A stretch of DNA of 64,000 nt from Anaeroplasmataceae bacterium. GTDB taxonomy: Bacteria > Bacillota_I > Bacilli_A > Acholeplasmatales > Anaeroplasmataceae. The notes below the pieces were generated by a model that worked only from the letters and a program-made list of their open reading frames with translations, did not search any database and was not told where the DNA came from. Both the position numbers and the translations under genes were made by a program. How positions within the stretch are numbered: the stretch's first letter is position 1; the number at the start of each line of letters is the position of its first letter. The DNA lies in the NCBI GenBank assembly GCA_029067355.1, contig JAIEEQ010000011.1, forward strand, positions 2,208 to 66,207, written 5' to 3'. Positions 56,847 to 64,000 of the stretch are shown here, in pieces.

Positions 56847-58487
56847 ATGAAAAAAATTAAGGGTTTACTATTTGCTTTTGTAGCATTATTTGCATTTACA
56901 TTAGCAATGGTAAAGGTAAGTGCTGAGGTCGTATTCTCATATGATGCGGATTCAGACACTAACACAAGCTATGGAAAGAATGCGGCAGTATCTTTAATTA
57001 CAGGCTCTGACTTGGCTACGGTAAATACTGTACGTAGCTGTAATATTCAGGCTACGGGTGCTGGATCTGCTACTTTTGATACTGAAACATCATTTACTAG
57101 AGGAATGGTTCCTGGTGGAAACTGTGGTACAGCAGCTAATGCAGCTTTAAAGATTGTTTCTAAGGTTGCAGGTGTAAAAGTTGGTTATTATTATACAATT
57201 TCAGATTCTACTTTTGCTAGCTCACCTGAAGCAGTTAATGCAGGAAATGTTATTGTTATGAATAGCGCAGGGGAAACCTTAAAGTCTTATGATAATGTTG
57301 CAGGTAAAAATAATGAAGCATATTATTTAGAATATACAATTAATAGTGCAAATGAAACTATTTTAATTGGTTCACCAAAAAGAGTAATTACATTCGCTAT
57401 TGTTCTTTCACAGGGTGAGATTGCTCAAGAGCATACAGTAACTATTATGGATGGAACAACTCAATTAAGACAACAGAAGGTTGTTGCTGGCGAATCATTG
57501 GCATTCACTCCTTCAAAATATGGATTTGATTTTGCTGGATATTATACAGATGACTCTTTAGAAACTGCTTTTGATGGAGTAGTTACTAGTGATGTTACTA
57601 TTTATGTAAAATGGACTCCTTGGACAATTGCAATTAAGAGAAATCATCTTTCTCCAGAGTTAATTACTAAGGTTGCTGAAAGCTTTACTACATTTGATGC
57701 TAGCTTAGCTTTAGAAGGCACAATCTTTACAGTTATGAAGGGTAGTCAAACAGAAGCAAGCAGTAATTCTATTAAAACTGTTGGTGGTTTAACTCCAAAA
57801 ACAGAAGAAAAGGGTATTAAAATCGTTGCTCCTGAGGCAGGAACATTAACAGTAAGAACAATTGCAGGTGGATCTTCTGCACGTAATGCAAAATTAGTAA
57901 CTTATGATGGAACTAATACTAATGAGATTTCTGTAACTTCTGGAGATCCAGTATTTACTGATGGACAAGACAAGGGAGAGCCAAGAGTATTAACATATCG
58001 TATTGAAGCAGCTGGAACATACTATTTTGGTGGTTCTAATGGTTGTAAAGTATTTGAAATGAAATTCGTTGGCGATACTGAACCACAAGTAGATTTCTAT
58101 CAACAATCTGGATATAATGCAGCTGGAACAGAATTAGTAAGATATGTAACTATTCTTAAGAATGTTTCTGAAGCAGATGTTGCTAATTTCAGTTTAGTTA
58201 TTACTGGTGAAGGCTTAGGAGAGGGCTTTGATGTAACAAGTCATTGCAAGGTTGCAACTCGTATTACTAGCAATGGTGAAACTTATAAGGCCAATATCAA
58301 TGGTGCAGAATATGCTTTTGATGGTCATGATGGTGCAATATATTTAATTTGTGTTGTGGCTGTTTCTAATGATGGTGCAGCTTTAACAGACCAATATGTC
58401 GGAAAAGAATTGACTGCTACCTTTACTTGGGGAACAGATGCACCTGTTGTAAAAACATACACTGTTTTAGGTGCACAACAACAATAA
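56847..58487 (+). CDS. Secreted protein with one Listeria-Bacteroides (Flg_new/InlB B-type) repeat and beta-rich modules
   Basis: Signal peptide with a VSA|E cleavage site. HTVTIMDG...FDFAGYYTD...VTIYVKW matches the repeat consensus. Confidence 0.7.
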   Translation: MKKIKGLLFAFVALFAFTLAMVKVSAEVVFSYDADSDTNTSYGKNAAVSLITGSDLATVNTVRSCNIQATGAGSATFDTETSFTRGMVPGGNCGTAANAALKIVSKVAGVKVGYYYTISDSTFASSPEAVNAGNVIVMNSAGETLKSYDNVAGKNNEAYYLEYTINSANETILIGSPKRVITFAIVLSQGEIAQEHTVTIMDGTTQLRQQKVVAGESLAFTPSKYGFDFAGYYTDDSLETAFDGVVTSDVTIYVKWTPWTIAIKRNHLSPELITKVAESFTTFDASLALEGTIFTVMKGSQTEASSNSIKTVGGLTPKTEEKGIKIVAPEAGTLTVRTIAGGSSARNAKLVTYDGTNTNEISVTSGDPVFTDGQDKGEPRVLTYRIEAAGTYYFGGSNGCKVFEMKFVGDTEPQVDFYQQSGYNAAGTELVRYVTILKNVSEADVANFSLVITGEGLGEGFDVTSHCKVATRITSNGETYKANINGAEYAFDGHDGAIYLICVVAVSNDGAALTDQYVGKELTATFTWGTDAPVVKTYTVLGAQQQ

Positions 58488-58503
58488 TAAGGAGATTATT
58501 AAA

Positions 58504-58644
58504 ATGAAAAAAATTTACGAAAAACCAATATTAGAAGTAGAAAATGTACAAATTGAAGATGTTTGTGCTGTTAGCGTAAATGCTGATGAAGGTGTTAGTC
58601 TTCCTACACCATCAAGCAATGTTACTCGTTGGGGTAGAAAATAG
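58504..58644 (+). CDS. 46-aa ORF, candidate leader-containing peptide: MKKIYEKPILEVENVQIEDVCAVSVNADEGVSLPTPSSNVTRWGRK
   Basis: Hand-translated; absent from the ORF track because it is under 60 aa. AAGGAG (58489-58494) lies 9 nt before the ATG. YEKPIL matches the YxxPxL leader motif. Confidence 0.5.
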   Translation: MKKIYEKPILEVENVQIEDVCAVSVNADEGVSLPTPSSNVTRWGRK

Positions 58645-58658
58645 TTAATAGAAGCTGT

Positions 58659-58676
58659 GGGGTGCTTAAGGCACCC
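58659..58676 (+). other. GC-rich stem-loop immediately after the small ORF
   Basis: GGGTGC-TTAAG-GCACCC with no strong T tail. Possible attenuator or processing site. Confidence 0.3.
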
Positions 58677-58697
58677 TACATTTCATACGGGAAGAAA

Positions 58698-58913
58698 ATG
58701 AAGAAAATTATAGGATTTGCTTTATTTTTAATTATGGTATTATGCTCTTGTAGTCATGCATCAGTTGATTCTTCGTTAGATGAGGGAGATGAATCGGAGA
58801 TTGTACAACCAGATGCTAAAGATGAAGAGAATAAGAAAGATGATGACAAGCAAGACGAGGGTACTGAAGACAAAGTTTATGATGATGATGTTGAGTGGGG
58901 GCCTTTGTCATAA
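58698..58913 (+). CDS. Small, highly acidic lipoprotein (71 aa)
   Basis: MKKIIGFALFLIMVLCSC lipobox. The mature part is dominated by D/E. Confidence 0.5.
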   Translation: MKKIIGFALFLIMVLCSCSHASVDSSLDEGDESEIVQPDAKDEENKKDDDKQDEGTEDKVYDDDVEWGPLS

Positions 58914-58931
58914 AGAAAAGAGAGGGAAAAC

Positions 58932-61900
58932 ATGAAACTTAAAAAGATAATTATTGGACTTTTTATGATTTCAGCTGTAATTGGTTTGGCAGCTTGTAAA
59001 ACAGATGATGATCCAAACCAAAATATTCCACCAGAAGAAGATGTTTTAAAGTACACAGTTACTTTTGATACAGATGGTGGTAGCGCAATTGCAGTTCAAA
59101 ATGTAGAAAGAGGACAAACAATCAGCAATCCAGATACTCCTGTAAAAGCAGGTTATGAATTTAAGGGATGGTATAAGGATAAAGCTTGCAATTATATATG
59201 GGATTTTGAAGAAGATATTGTTACAGGAAATGTAACCTTATATGCGAAATGGGAAGCAAAGGTAATATATACAGTTATCTTTGATTCTAAAGAGGGTAGC
59301 CCAGTTGATTCACAGCAGGTGAAGTATAACGAGAAGGCACAAAGACCAATCAGTCCAACAAGAGAGGGCTATATCTTTGCAGGCTGGTTTACAGAGAGTG
59401 CATGTATTTATGAATTTGATTTTGTGAATACAGAAATAACAAAGGATATCACCTTATATGCGAAATGGGTAGAAAGATCAACAGATCCAACCAAGGTAAA
59501 GGTACTCTTTAACTCAAAAGGTGGTAGTTTGGTACCTGATTTAACAGATGTAGAGATTGGTTCAAAGATTAGCAAGCCAGCAGATCCAGTAAGAGAAGGG
59601 TATACCTTTGTTGGCTGGTTTAAGGATGAGGATGGTCCTTTAACAGGTAAGTTTAACTTTGAAGAAGAAGTGATTACTGAGGGTATCACATTATTTGCAA
59701 GATGGGATATCAATATGTATACCATAACTTTTGACTCAAATAATGGTAGCAGTGTAGAATCTCAATCTGTTGGATATAAGCATAAGGCACAAAGACCAGT
59801 AAGCCCAACAAGAGAAGGCTATATTTTTGCAGGTTGGTTTACAGAATCCTCATTTATTCATGAATTTGACTTTGTGAATACAGAAATAACAAATAGTATT
59901 ACCTTATATGCAAAATGGGTAGAAAGATCAACAGATCCAACCAAGGTAAAGGTACTCTTTAACTCAAAAGGTGGTAGTTTAGTACCTGATTTAACAGATG
60001 TAGAGATTGGTTCAAAGATTAGTAAGCCAACAGATCCAGTAAGAGAAGGATATACCTTCCTTGGCTGGTTTAAGGATGAGGATGGTCCTTTAACAGGTAA
60101 GTTTAACTTTGAAGAAGAAGTGATTACTGAAGGAATTACTTTATATGCTAGATGGGAAATCAATATATATACAGTAACCTTTAATTCAAATAATGGTAGC
60201 AGTGTAGAATCACAAAAAGTACAATATGATCATGTAGCCTCTAGACCAGTAAGTCCAACAAGAGAAGGCTATATTTTTGCAGGCTGGTTTACAGAGGCTG
60301 CTGGTATTCATGAATTTGACTTTGTGAATACAAAAATTACAGGAAATATTACCTTATATGCAAAATGGACACCAAATTCATCTACTTCTGATGTGTTCAC
60401 AGTAACCTTTAATTCAAAAGATGGTAGTTATGTTCCAGCTATTGAAAATATTTTACCAGGTTCAAAGATTCAAAGACCAACGGATCCAATAAGAGAGGGA
60501 TATAGATTCTTAGGCTGGTTTAAGGATGAAAATGGTCCATTGAGAGATGAATTTAATTTTGATGAAGAAGTAATTACTGAAAATATAATCTTATATGCTA
60601 GATGGGAAGTTTCTGAATATAAAGTTACATTCAGTGGAACAACTTTAGCTCCACAGATTGTACCTGTTGGAGGAAAGATTACAAAGCCTAGCCCTGATCC
60701 AGTTAAAGCAAATCATATTTTTGTTGGCTGGTATGAGGATGCAGCATTTACAAGAATTTGGGATTTTGATACAGTATTAACAAGCTCTATAACACTTTAT
60801 GCAAAGTTTGAAGAAAAGCTTCCAACAGATCAGGATAATACAATTAAATTCCCATTCAATTCTTTCCATACTACGGCACAGGCAAATTTAGATTCTAGTA
60901 CAGGTAAGACAAATAAAGACTTAACCACAGGTCAATTCACTGTTGATGCTGGAGTTAAAACGGAAGCAGCGATTTTAAATACGCAGGGTAAGGGAGTAAC
61001 ATTTACAGTAAATGGTACAATTAGTAATGGATTTGTATTGACTGGTACAGGTGCCTCTACTGGTAAGGTAGTTACTGTAACGCTATACCAAGGAACTAAT
61101 ATTTTAGGCACATGGGAGATTGGCTATCAGGCTACTAAAACAATTACAGTAGATGGTTTAGATGCTGGCTCTTATAAAATTACAACTTCTGGCTCTGTTA
61201 GAATTACAAACTTTACATTATATGAATACAATGTTCCAGTAGAGCTAGTTGTTCATTTCGATTCAAAGAATGGAACTCGTGTTCCAGATGTTGTTGTAAA
61301 TAAGTGGGGTAAGCTAACTGCACCTACTGCTCCAACTAAAGATGGTTATATCTTTGCTGGATGGTATATAGATGATAGCCTTCAAACAGCATTTGATTTC
61401 AATACTAAGATTTTAGAAGAAATGACCTTATATGCAAAATGGGACGAAAAACCTGTGGATCCTAATTTGACGATTTATACAATATCCTATAATCCACATG
61501 GTGGAAATGATATTCCAGATAAGCAGGTTAATGAAGGCAACAAGGTTGCTGCACCTGAAAATCCAGTAAGAGAAGGATATACTTTTGTTGGCTGGTATGA
61601 GGAAGATAGCTATATTAACCTTCATGATTTCACCAAGCCTGTAAATCAAAACTATACTTTACATGCAAGATGGGTTGAAAAGCCATTAGTTATTAGCTTT
61701 GTAGGAGCAGATATTGAAGACATGCAAGTTTATCGTAATAATACGATTGAAGAACCTGCTACTCCACAAAGACCAAATTATATTTTTGAAGGCTGGTATG
61801 AAGATGAGGCCTTTACAAAGAGATTTGATTTCTCTATTCCTTTGACAAAGGATACGACCATTTATGTTAGATGGGAAAAGGATCCTGATGCATCTGATTA

Positions 61901-64000
61901 TATTGAGGGTGGTCAAGGAACAGTAGGCCAAAAGGGTACCGTAGAAATTACAGAGGCAATGGGCTTATCTGAGGCTGCTTATATTACCTTTAAGAAGGTA
62001 ACAGGGGCTACTGGATATTCCATTACATTAAAGAATTCAAGCAACGCAATTCGTGTTCTTGATGATAATAGCGTTTATATTCGTGAAGTAAATGGTGGCA
62101 TGCGTGCTGATATCTTTGGCGTTGTTCCAGGGACTTATGAGGCAACCATTCTTCCATTGAATACTTCAAGTGCAAATCCATCAACTGCTACATTTAATGT
62201 TGGTGCGTATGATCGTTCTGGCTATGCACACTTTAACTATACAGATGGTGTTGGTGCGTATAATGATGATGGATCATTAAAGAAAAATGCAATTGTACTT
62301 TATGTAACAGATGCAAATAAAAATACTGTTTCCATTACACATAAGGGTATTACGGTTACTGGTATTGGTAATATCTTAAACTCTGTTGGTGAAGATGTTG
62401 GTGGCGGAGTTACTGCAAAGGGTGGAAAAGCAAATACAAATCAAGGAATCTTGAAGCTTCTTGCTGAGGATAATATTCCTCTTGTAGTAAGATTTATTGG
62501 TTGTGTATCTAATACAGGCTTATATAAGCAAGGTACCTTTGCTGCTTCAACTGCTCCAAAGGTTGAGGGCTTAACAATTTATAACTCTTTAGACAATGGT
62601 GGATCTGTGGGCGACAATGGACATATGGCTCGTATGAAGTCTGGAAAGAACATTACTCTTGAAGGTGTTGGAGAGGATGCAATTGTTGATGGCTGGGGCT
62701 TCCATTTTATGGCTGAAAGCTCAGCTCCAGATCTTGGAAAGAATTTTGAAGTAAGAAATCTAACCTTTATTAATACACCTGAGGATGCCGTTGGTATGGA
62801 GGGTGTACAGTCTACGGCTAATACTAGTGCTATAATTACAGCAAGTGTTGAAAGATGCTGGGTTCATAATTGTGAATTCTATTGTCCAAGCATTTCTAGC
62901 CCTGCTGAATCTGATAAGGCTCAGGGTGATGGTTCTGTGGACTTCAAGAGAGGTCAGTACTTTACATGTAGCTATAACTACTATGAGGGATGCCATAAGA
63001 CAAATCTTGTTGGCTCAGCTGATAGTTCATTACAATTTAATTTAACATATCATCATAATTATTATAAGAATTGTGAGTCAAGAGGACCACTTTCTCGTAA
63101 TGCAAATATTCATATGTATAATAATGTATTTGAGGGACAATCCTCTTATGCAATGGATGCAAGAGCAACTGCCTTCATCTTCTCTGAATACAATTTATTC
63201 TATTGCTGTAAATCACCTCAAACAAATGCAAGTGGTGGTGTTATTAAGAGTTATAACGATTGCTTCTCTAGTGTAATCAATGATCAGTTAGGTGTTATTG
63301 TTACAGATAAGACACAAAACGTATCTAACTCTTGTCAATATATTGCAGGTGGCATTGATTATTCTAAGTTTGAAACAAATCCAAACCAGTCTTACATTCC
63401 TTCTGGGGATTATGTTCTTCAAACTAATATGACTGACGTTAGAAAAGCATGTGCAGCGAGATGTGGTGTTGTAAAAGATCATGGTGTTGCAATGCAGGAT
63501 GTACCTATGTCTCAAATATCATATCTTCCTAGTGGTGTTACTCCTACAAAGGTTACAAGCTATCCAACAACCTTAACTCCAGGTAAGATTAGCAAGGTAG
63601 TTTATGCATTTACGTTAGATCGTACCACAGAAGTAACAGTTTCCTATACAGGTGAAGGTGTTTTAGTAAATGAGGCTGGAGAAAAATTCATTGATGGTAA
63701 TGGAACAGCTATCTTAAAGCCAGGAACCTATATGTGTCAATCTGTTAACTTTAACCCAGATAAGGGTAGTGGTTTATCCTTCAAGGATTTAACAATCAAC
63801 TCAATAGAAATTAAAGAACATAATTCAGAAGAATTAAATCAACAGATTATTGCTGAATTTGAAGCTAAGGTTGCAAAGATTCCAGCAGAAATTGTTTATA
63901 CAGATTCTTGCTTAGCATCAATCACTTCAGCAAGAGAGGCTTATAATCAATTAAGTCCTGAATTAAAGACAAGAGTAACTGCATCTTACACTAAGATTCA
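58932..64000 (+). CDS. Giant surface lipoprotein, 3' end outside window: 11 Listeria-Bacteroides repeats, beta-sandwich modules and a PL1-like pectate lyase domain
   Basis: Hand-translated and open from the ATG at 58932 wherever I checked (58932-59460 and 62703-63180 read codon by codon). LAAC lipobox. Repeated (Y/F)T(V/I)TF(D/N)S..G....REGY.F.GW......F.F.....(I/V)TLYA(K/R)W units. Lyase motifs GDGSVDFKRG, HKTNLVGSADS and LTYHHNYYKNCESRGPLSRNANIHMYNN. Confidence 0.85.
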   Translation, partial: MKLKKIIIGLFMISAVIGLAACKTDDDPNQNIPPEEDVLKYTVTFDTDGGSAIAVQNVERGQTISNPDTPVKAGYEFKGWYKDKACNYIWDFEEDIVTGNVTLYAKWEAKVIYTVIFDSKEGSPVDSQQVKYNEKAQRPISPTREGYIFAGWFTESACIYEFDFVNTEITKDITLYAKWVERSTDPTKVKVLFNSKGGSLVPDLTDVEIGSKISKPADPVREGYTFVGWFKDEDGPLTGKFNFEEEVITEGITLFARWDINMYTITFDSNNGSSVESQSVGYKHKAQRPVSPTREGYIFAGWFTESSFIHEFDFVNTEITNSITLYAKWVERSTDPTKVKVLFNSKGGSLVPDLTDVEIGSKISKPTDPVREGYTFLGWFKDEDGPLTGKFNFEEEVITEGITLYARWEINIYTVTFNSNNGSSVESQKVQYDHVASRPVSPTREGYIFAGWFTEAAGIHEFDFVNTKITGNITLYAKWTPNSSTSDVFTVTFNSKDGSYVPAIENILPGSKIQRPTDPIREGYRFLGWFKDENGPLRDEFNFDEEVITENIILYARWEVSEYKVTFSGTTLAPQIVPVGGKITKPSPDPVKANHIFVGWYEDAAFTRIWDFDTVLTSSITLYAKFEEKLPTDQDNTIKFPFNSFHTTAQANLDSSTGKTNKDLTTGQFTVDAGVKTEAAILNTQGKGVTFTVNGTISNGFVLTGTGASTGKVVTVTLYQGTNILGTWEIGYQATKTITVDGLDAGSYKITTSGSVRITNFTLYEYNVPVELVVHFDSKNGTRVPDVVVNKWGKLTAPTAPTKDGYIFAGWYIDDSLQTAFDFNTKILEEMTLYAKWDEKPVDPNLTIYTISYNPHGGNDIPDKQVNEGNKVAAPENPVREGYTFVGWYEEDSYINLHDFTKPVNQNYTLHARWVEKPLVISFVGADIEDMQVYRNNTIEEPATPQRPNYIFEGWYEDEAFTKRFDFSIPLTKDTTIYVRWEKDPDASDYIEGGQGTVGQKGTVEITEAMGLSEAAYITFKKVTGATGYSITLKNSSNAIRVLDDNSVYIREVNGGMRADIFGVVPGTYEATILPLNTSSANPSTATFNVGAYDRSGYAHFNYTDGVGAYNDDGSLKKNAIVLYVTDANKNTVSITHKGITVTGIGNILNSVGEDVGGGVTAKGGKANTNQGILKLLAEDNIPLVVRFIGCVSNTGLYKQGTFAASTAPKVEGLTIYNSLDNGGSVGDNGHMARMKSGKNITLEGVGEDAIVDGWGFHFMAESSAPDLGKNFEVRNLTFINTPEDAVGMEGVQSTANTSAIITASVERCWVHNCEFYCPSISSPAESDKAQGDGSVDFKRGQYFTCSYNYYEGCHKTNLVGSADSSLQFNLTYHHNYYKNCESRGPLSRNANIHMYNNVFEGQSSYAMDARATAFIFSEYNLFYCCKSPQTNASGGVIKSYNDCFSSVINDQLGVIVTDKTQNVSNSCQYIAGGIDYSKFETNPNQSYIPSGDYVLQTNMTDVRKACAARCGVVKDHGVAMQDVPMSQISYLPSGVTPTKVTSYPTTLTPGKISKVVYAFTLDRTTEVTVSYTGEGVLVNEAGEKFIDGNGTAILKPGTYMCQSVNFNPDKGSGLSFKDLTINSIEIKEHNSEELNQQIIAEFEAKVAKIPAEIVYTDSCLASITSAREAYNQLSPELKTRVTASYTKI
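59268..60617 (+). repeat. Three tandem 450-bp coding repeat units (each two Flg_new repeats) inside the giant ORF
   Basis: AAATGGGTAGAAAGATCAACAGATCC recurs at 59463 and 59913, exactly 450 bp apart. 59463-59720 versus 59913-60170 differ at about 14 positions by eye. Confidence 0.85.

Noticed and set aside
56633-56965. 110-aa minus-strand ORF spanning the intergenic region and the start of the surface-protein gene
   Set aside because: It overlaps a consensus + strand promoter, the RBS and the signal-peptide coding region. It has no RBS, and its composition is low-complexity and AT-driven.
52290-58644. Calling the locus a lasso-peptide biosynthetic gene cluster
   Set aside because: No asparagine-synthetase-like cyclase or transglutaminase-like B2 protease exists anywhere in the window. 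Only the accessory-type genes and a leader-like motif are present, so it is reported as an orphan RiPP-like system rather than a lasso cluster.
59408-60163. Two near-identical minus-strand ORFs of 101-105 aa (59408-59725 and 59858-60163) that look like a duplicated gene pair
   Set aside because: They lie antisense to the repeat region of the long + strand lipoprotein ORF, which has clear domain motifs. They are low-complexity shadow frames, and their similarity only reflects the 450-bp coding duplication.
59268-60617. Regularly spaced repeats that might be a CRISPR array or a minisatellite
   Set aside because: The period is 450 bp and in frame. The units encode protein repeat modules. There are no short direct repeats with unique spacers and no cas genes.
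1-64000. Search for rRNA, tRNA, CRISPR, transposase/integrase, phage or toxin-antitoxin/defence genes
   Set aside because: By eye I found no cloverleaf-like or rRNA-like sequence, no spacer-repeat array and no recombinase, nuclease or helicase motif. Intergenic regions are short and are explained by promoters and terminators.

Overview
This is a low-GC Firmicutes-type chromosomal segment, roughly one third G+C by eye. About 60 genes are tightly packed, and all but one (a LacI-family repressor) are on the + strand. I found no rRNA, tRNA, CRISPR array, transposase or integrase.

Content in order:
(1) 1-4250: a 5'-truncated aldehyde dehydrogenase and small membrane proteins.
(2) 4265-8680: a conserved housekeeping array, tmk-holB-yaaT(ricT)-methyltransferase-(TerB-like)-rsmI.
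(3) 9321-22832: a LysR-associated redox/esterase island. It holds three aldo/keto reductases, cytoplasmic flavin reductases, three lipoproteins carrying four flavodoxin-like domains, two cyclophilin-like proteins, a four-His DUF4405-like membrane protein and two esterase lipoproteins.
(4) 23025-30403: an M16C peptidase, a MacB-like ABC fusion, ogt and glmM.
(5) 30378-47891: a LacI-controlled starch/maltodextrin locus. It contains malQ, a HAD hydrolase, MalEFG-like transporter genes, a GH13 lipoprotein, an 848-aa MalK-like ATPase with a long coiled-coil extension, two unknown lipoproteins, a pullulanase and a binding-module-only lipoprotein.
(6) 48044-51431: ecfA1-ecfA2-ecfT-truA.
(7) 52290-56454: a translationally coupled five-gene operon (HPr-kinase-like, PqqD, S24/S26 peptidase, ABC exporter, nucleotidyltransferase) that looks like an orphan RiPP pathway.
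(8) 56847-64000: a surface-protein module. It includes a 46-codon ORF with a lasso-type YxxPxL leader motif, and a lipoprotein gene of more than 5 kb (11 Listeria-Bacteroides repeats plus a PL1-like pectate lyase). Both are missing from the supplied ORF track.

Fourteen predicted lipoproteins in 64 kb suggest an Erysipelotrichia/Mollicutes-related gut organism, but that taxonomy is inference only.

The best candidates for undescribed biology are the orphan peptide-modification operon with its possible precursor, and the extracytoplasmic flavodoxin / DUF4405 / cyclophilin-like cluster.
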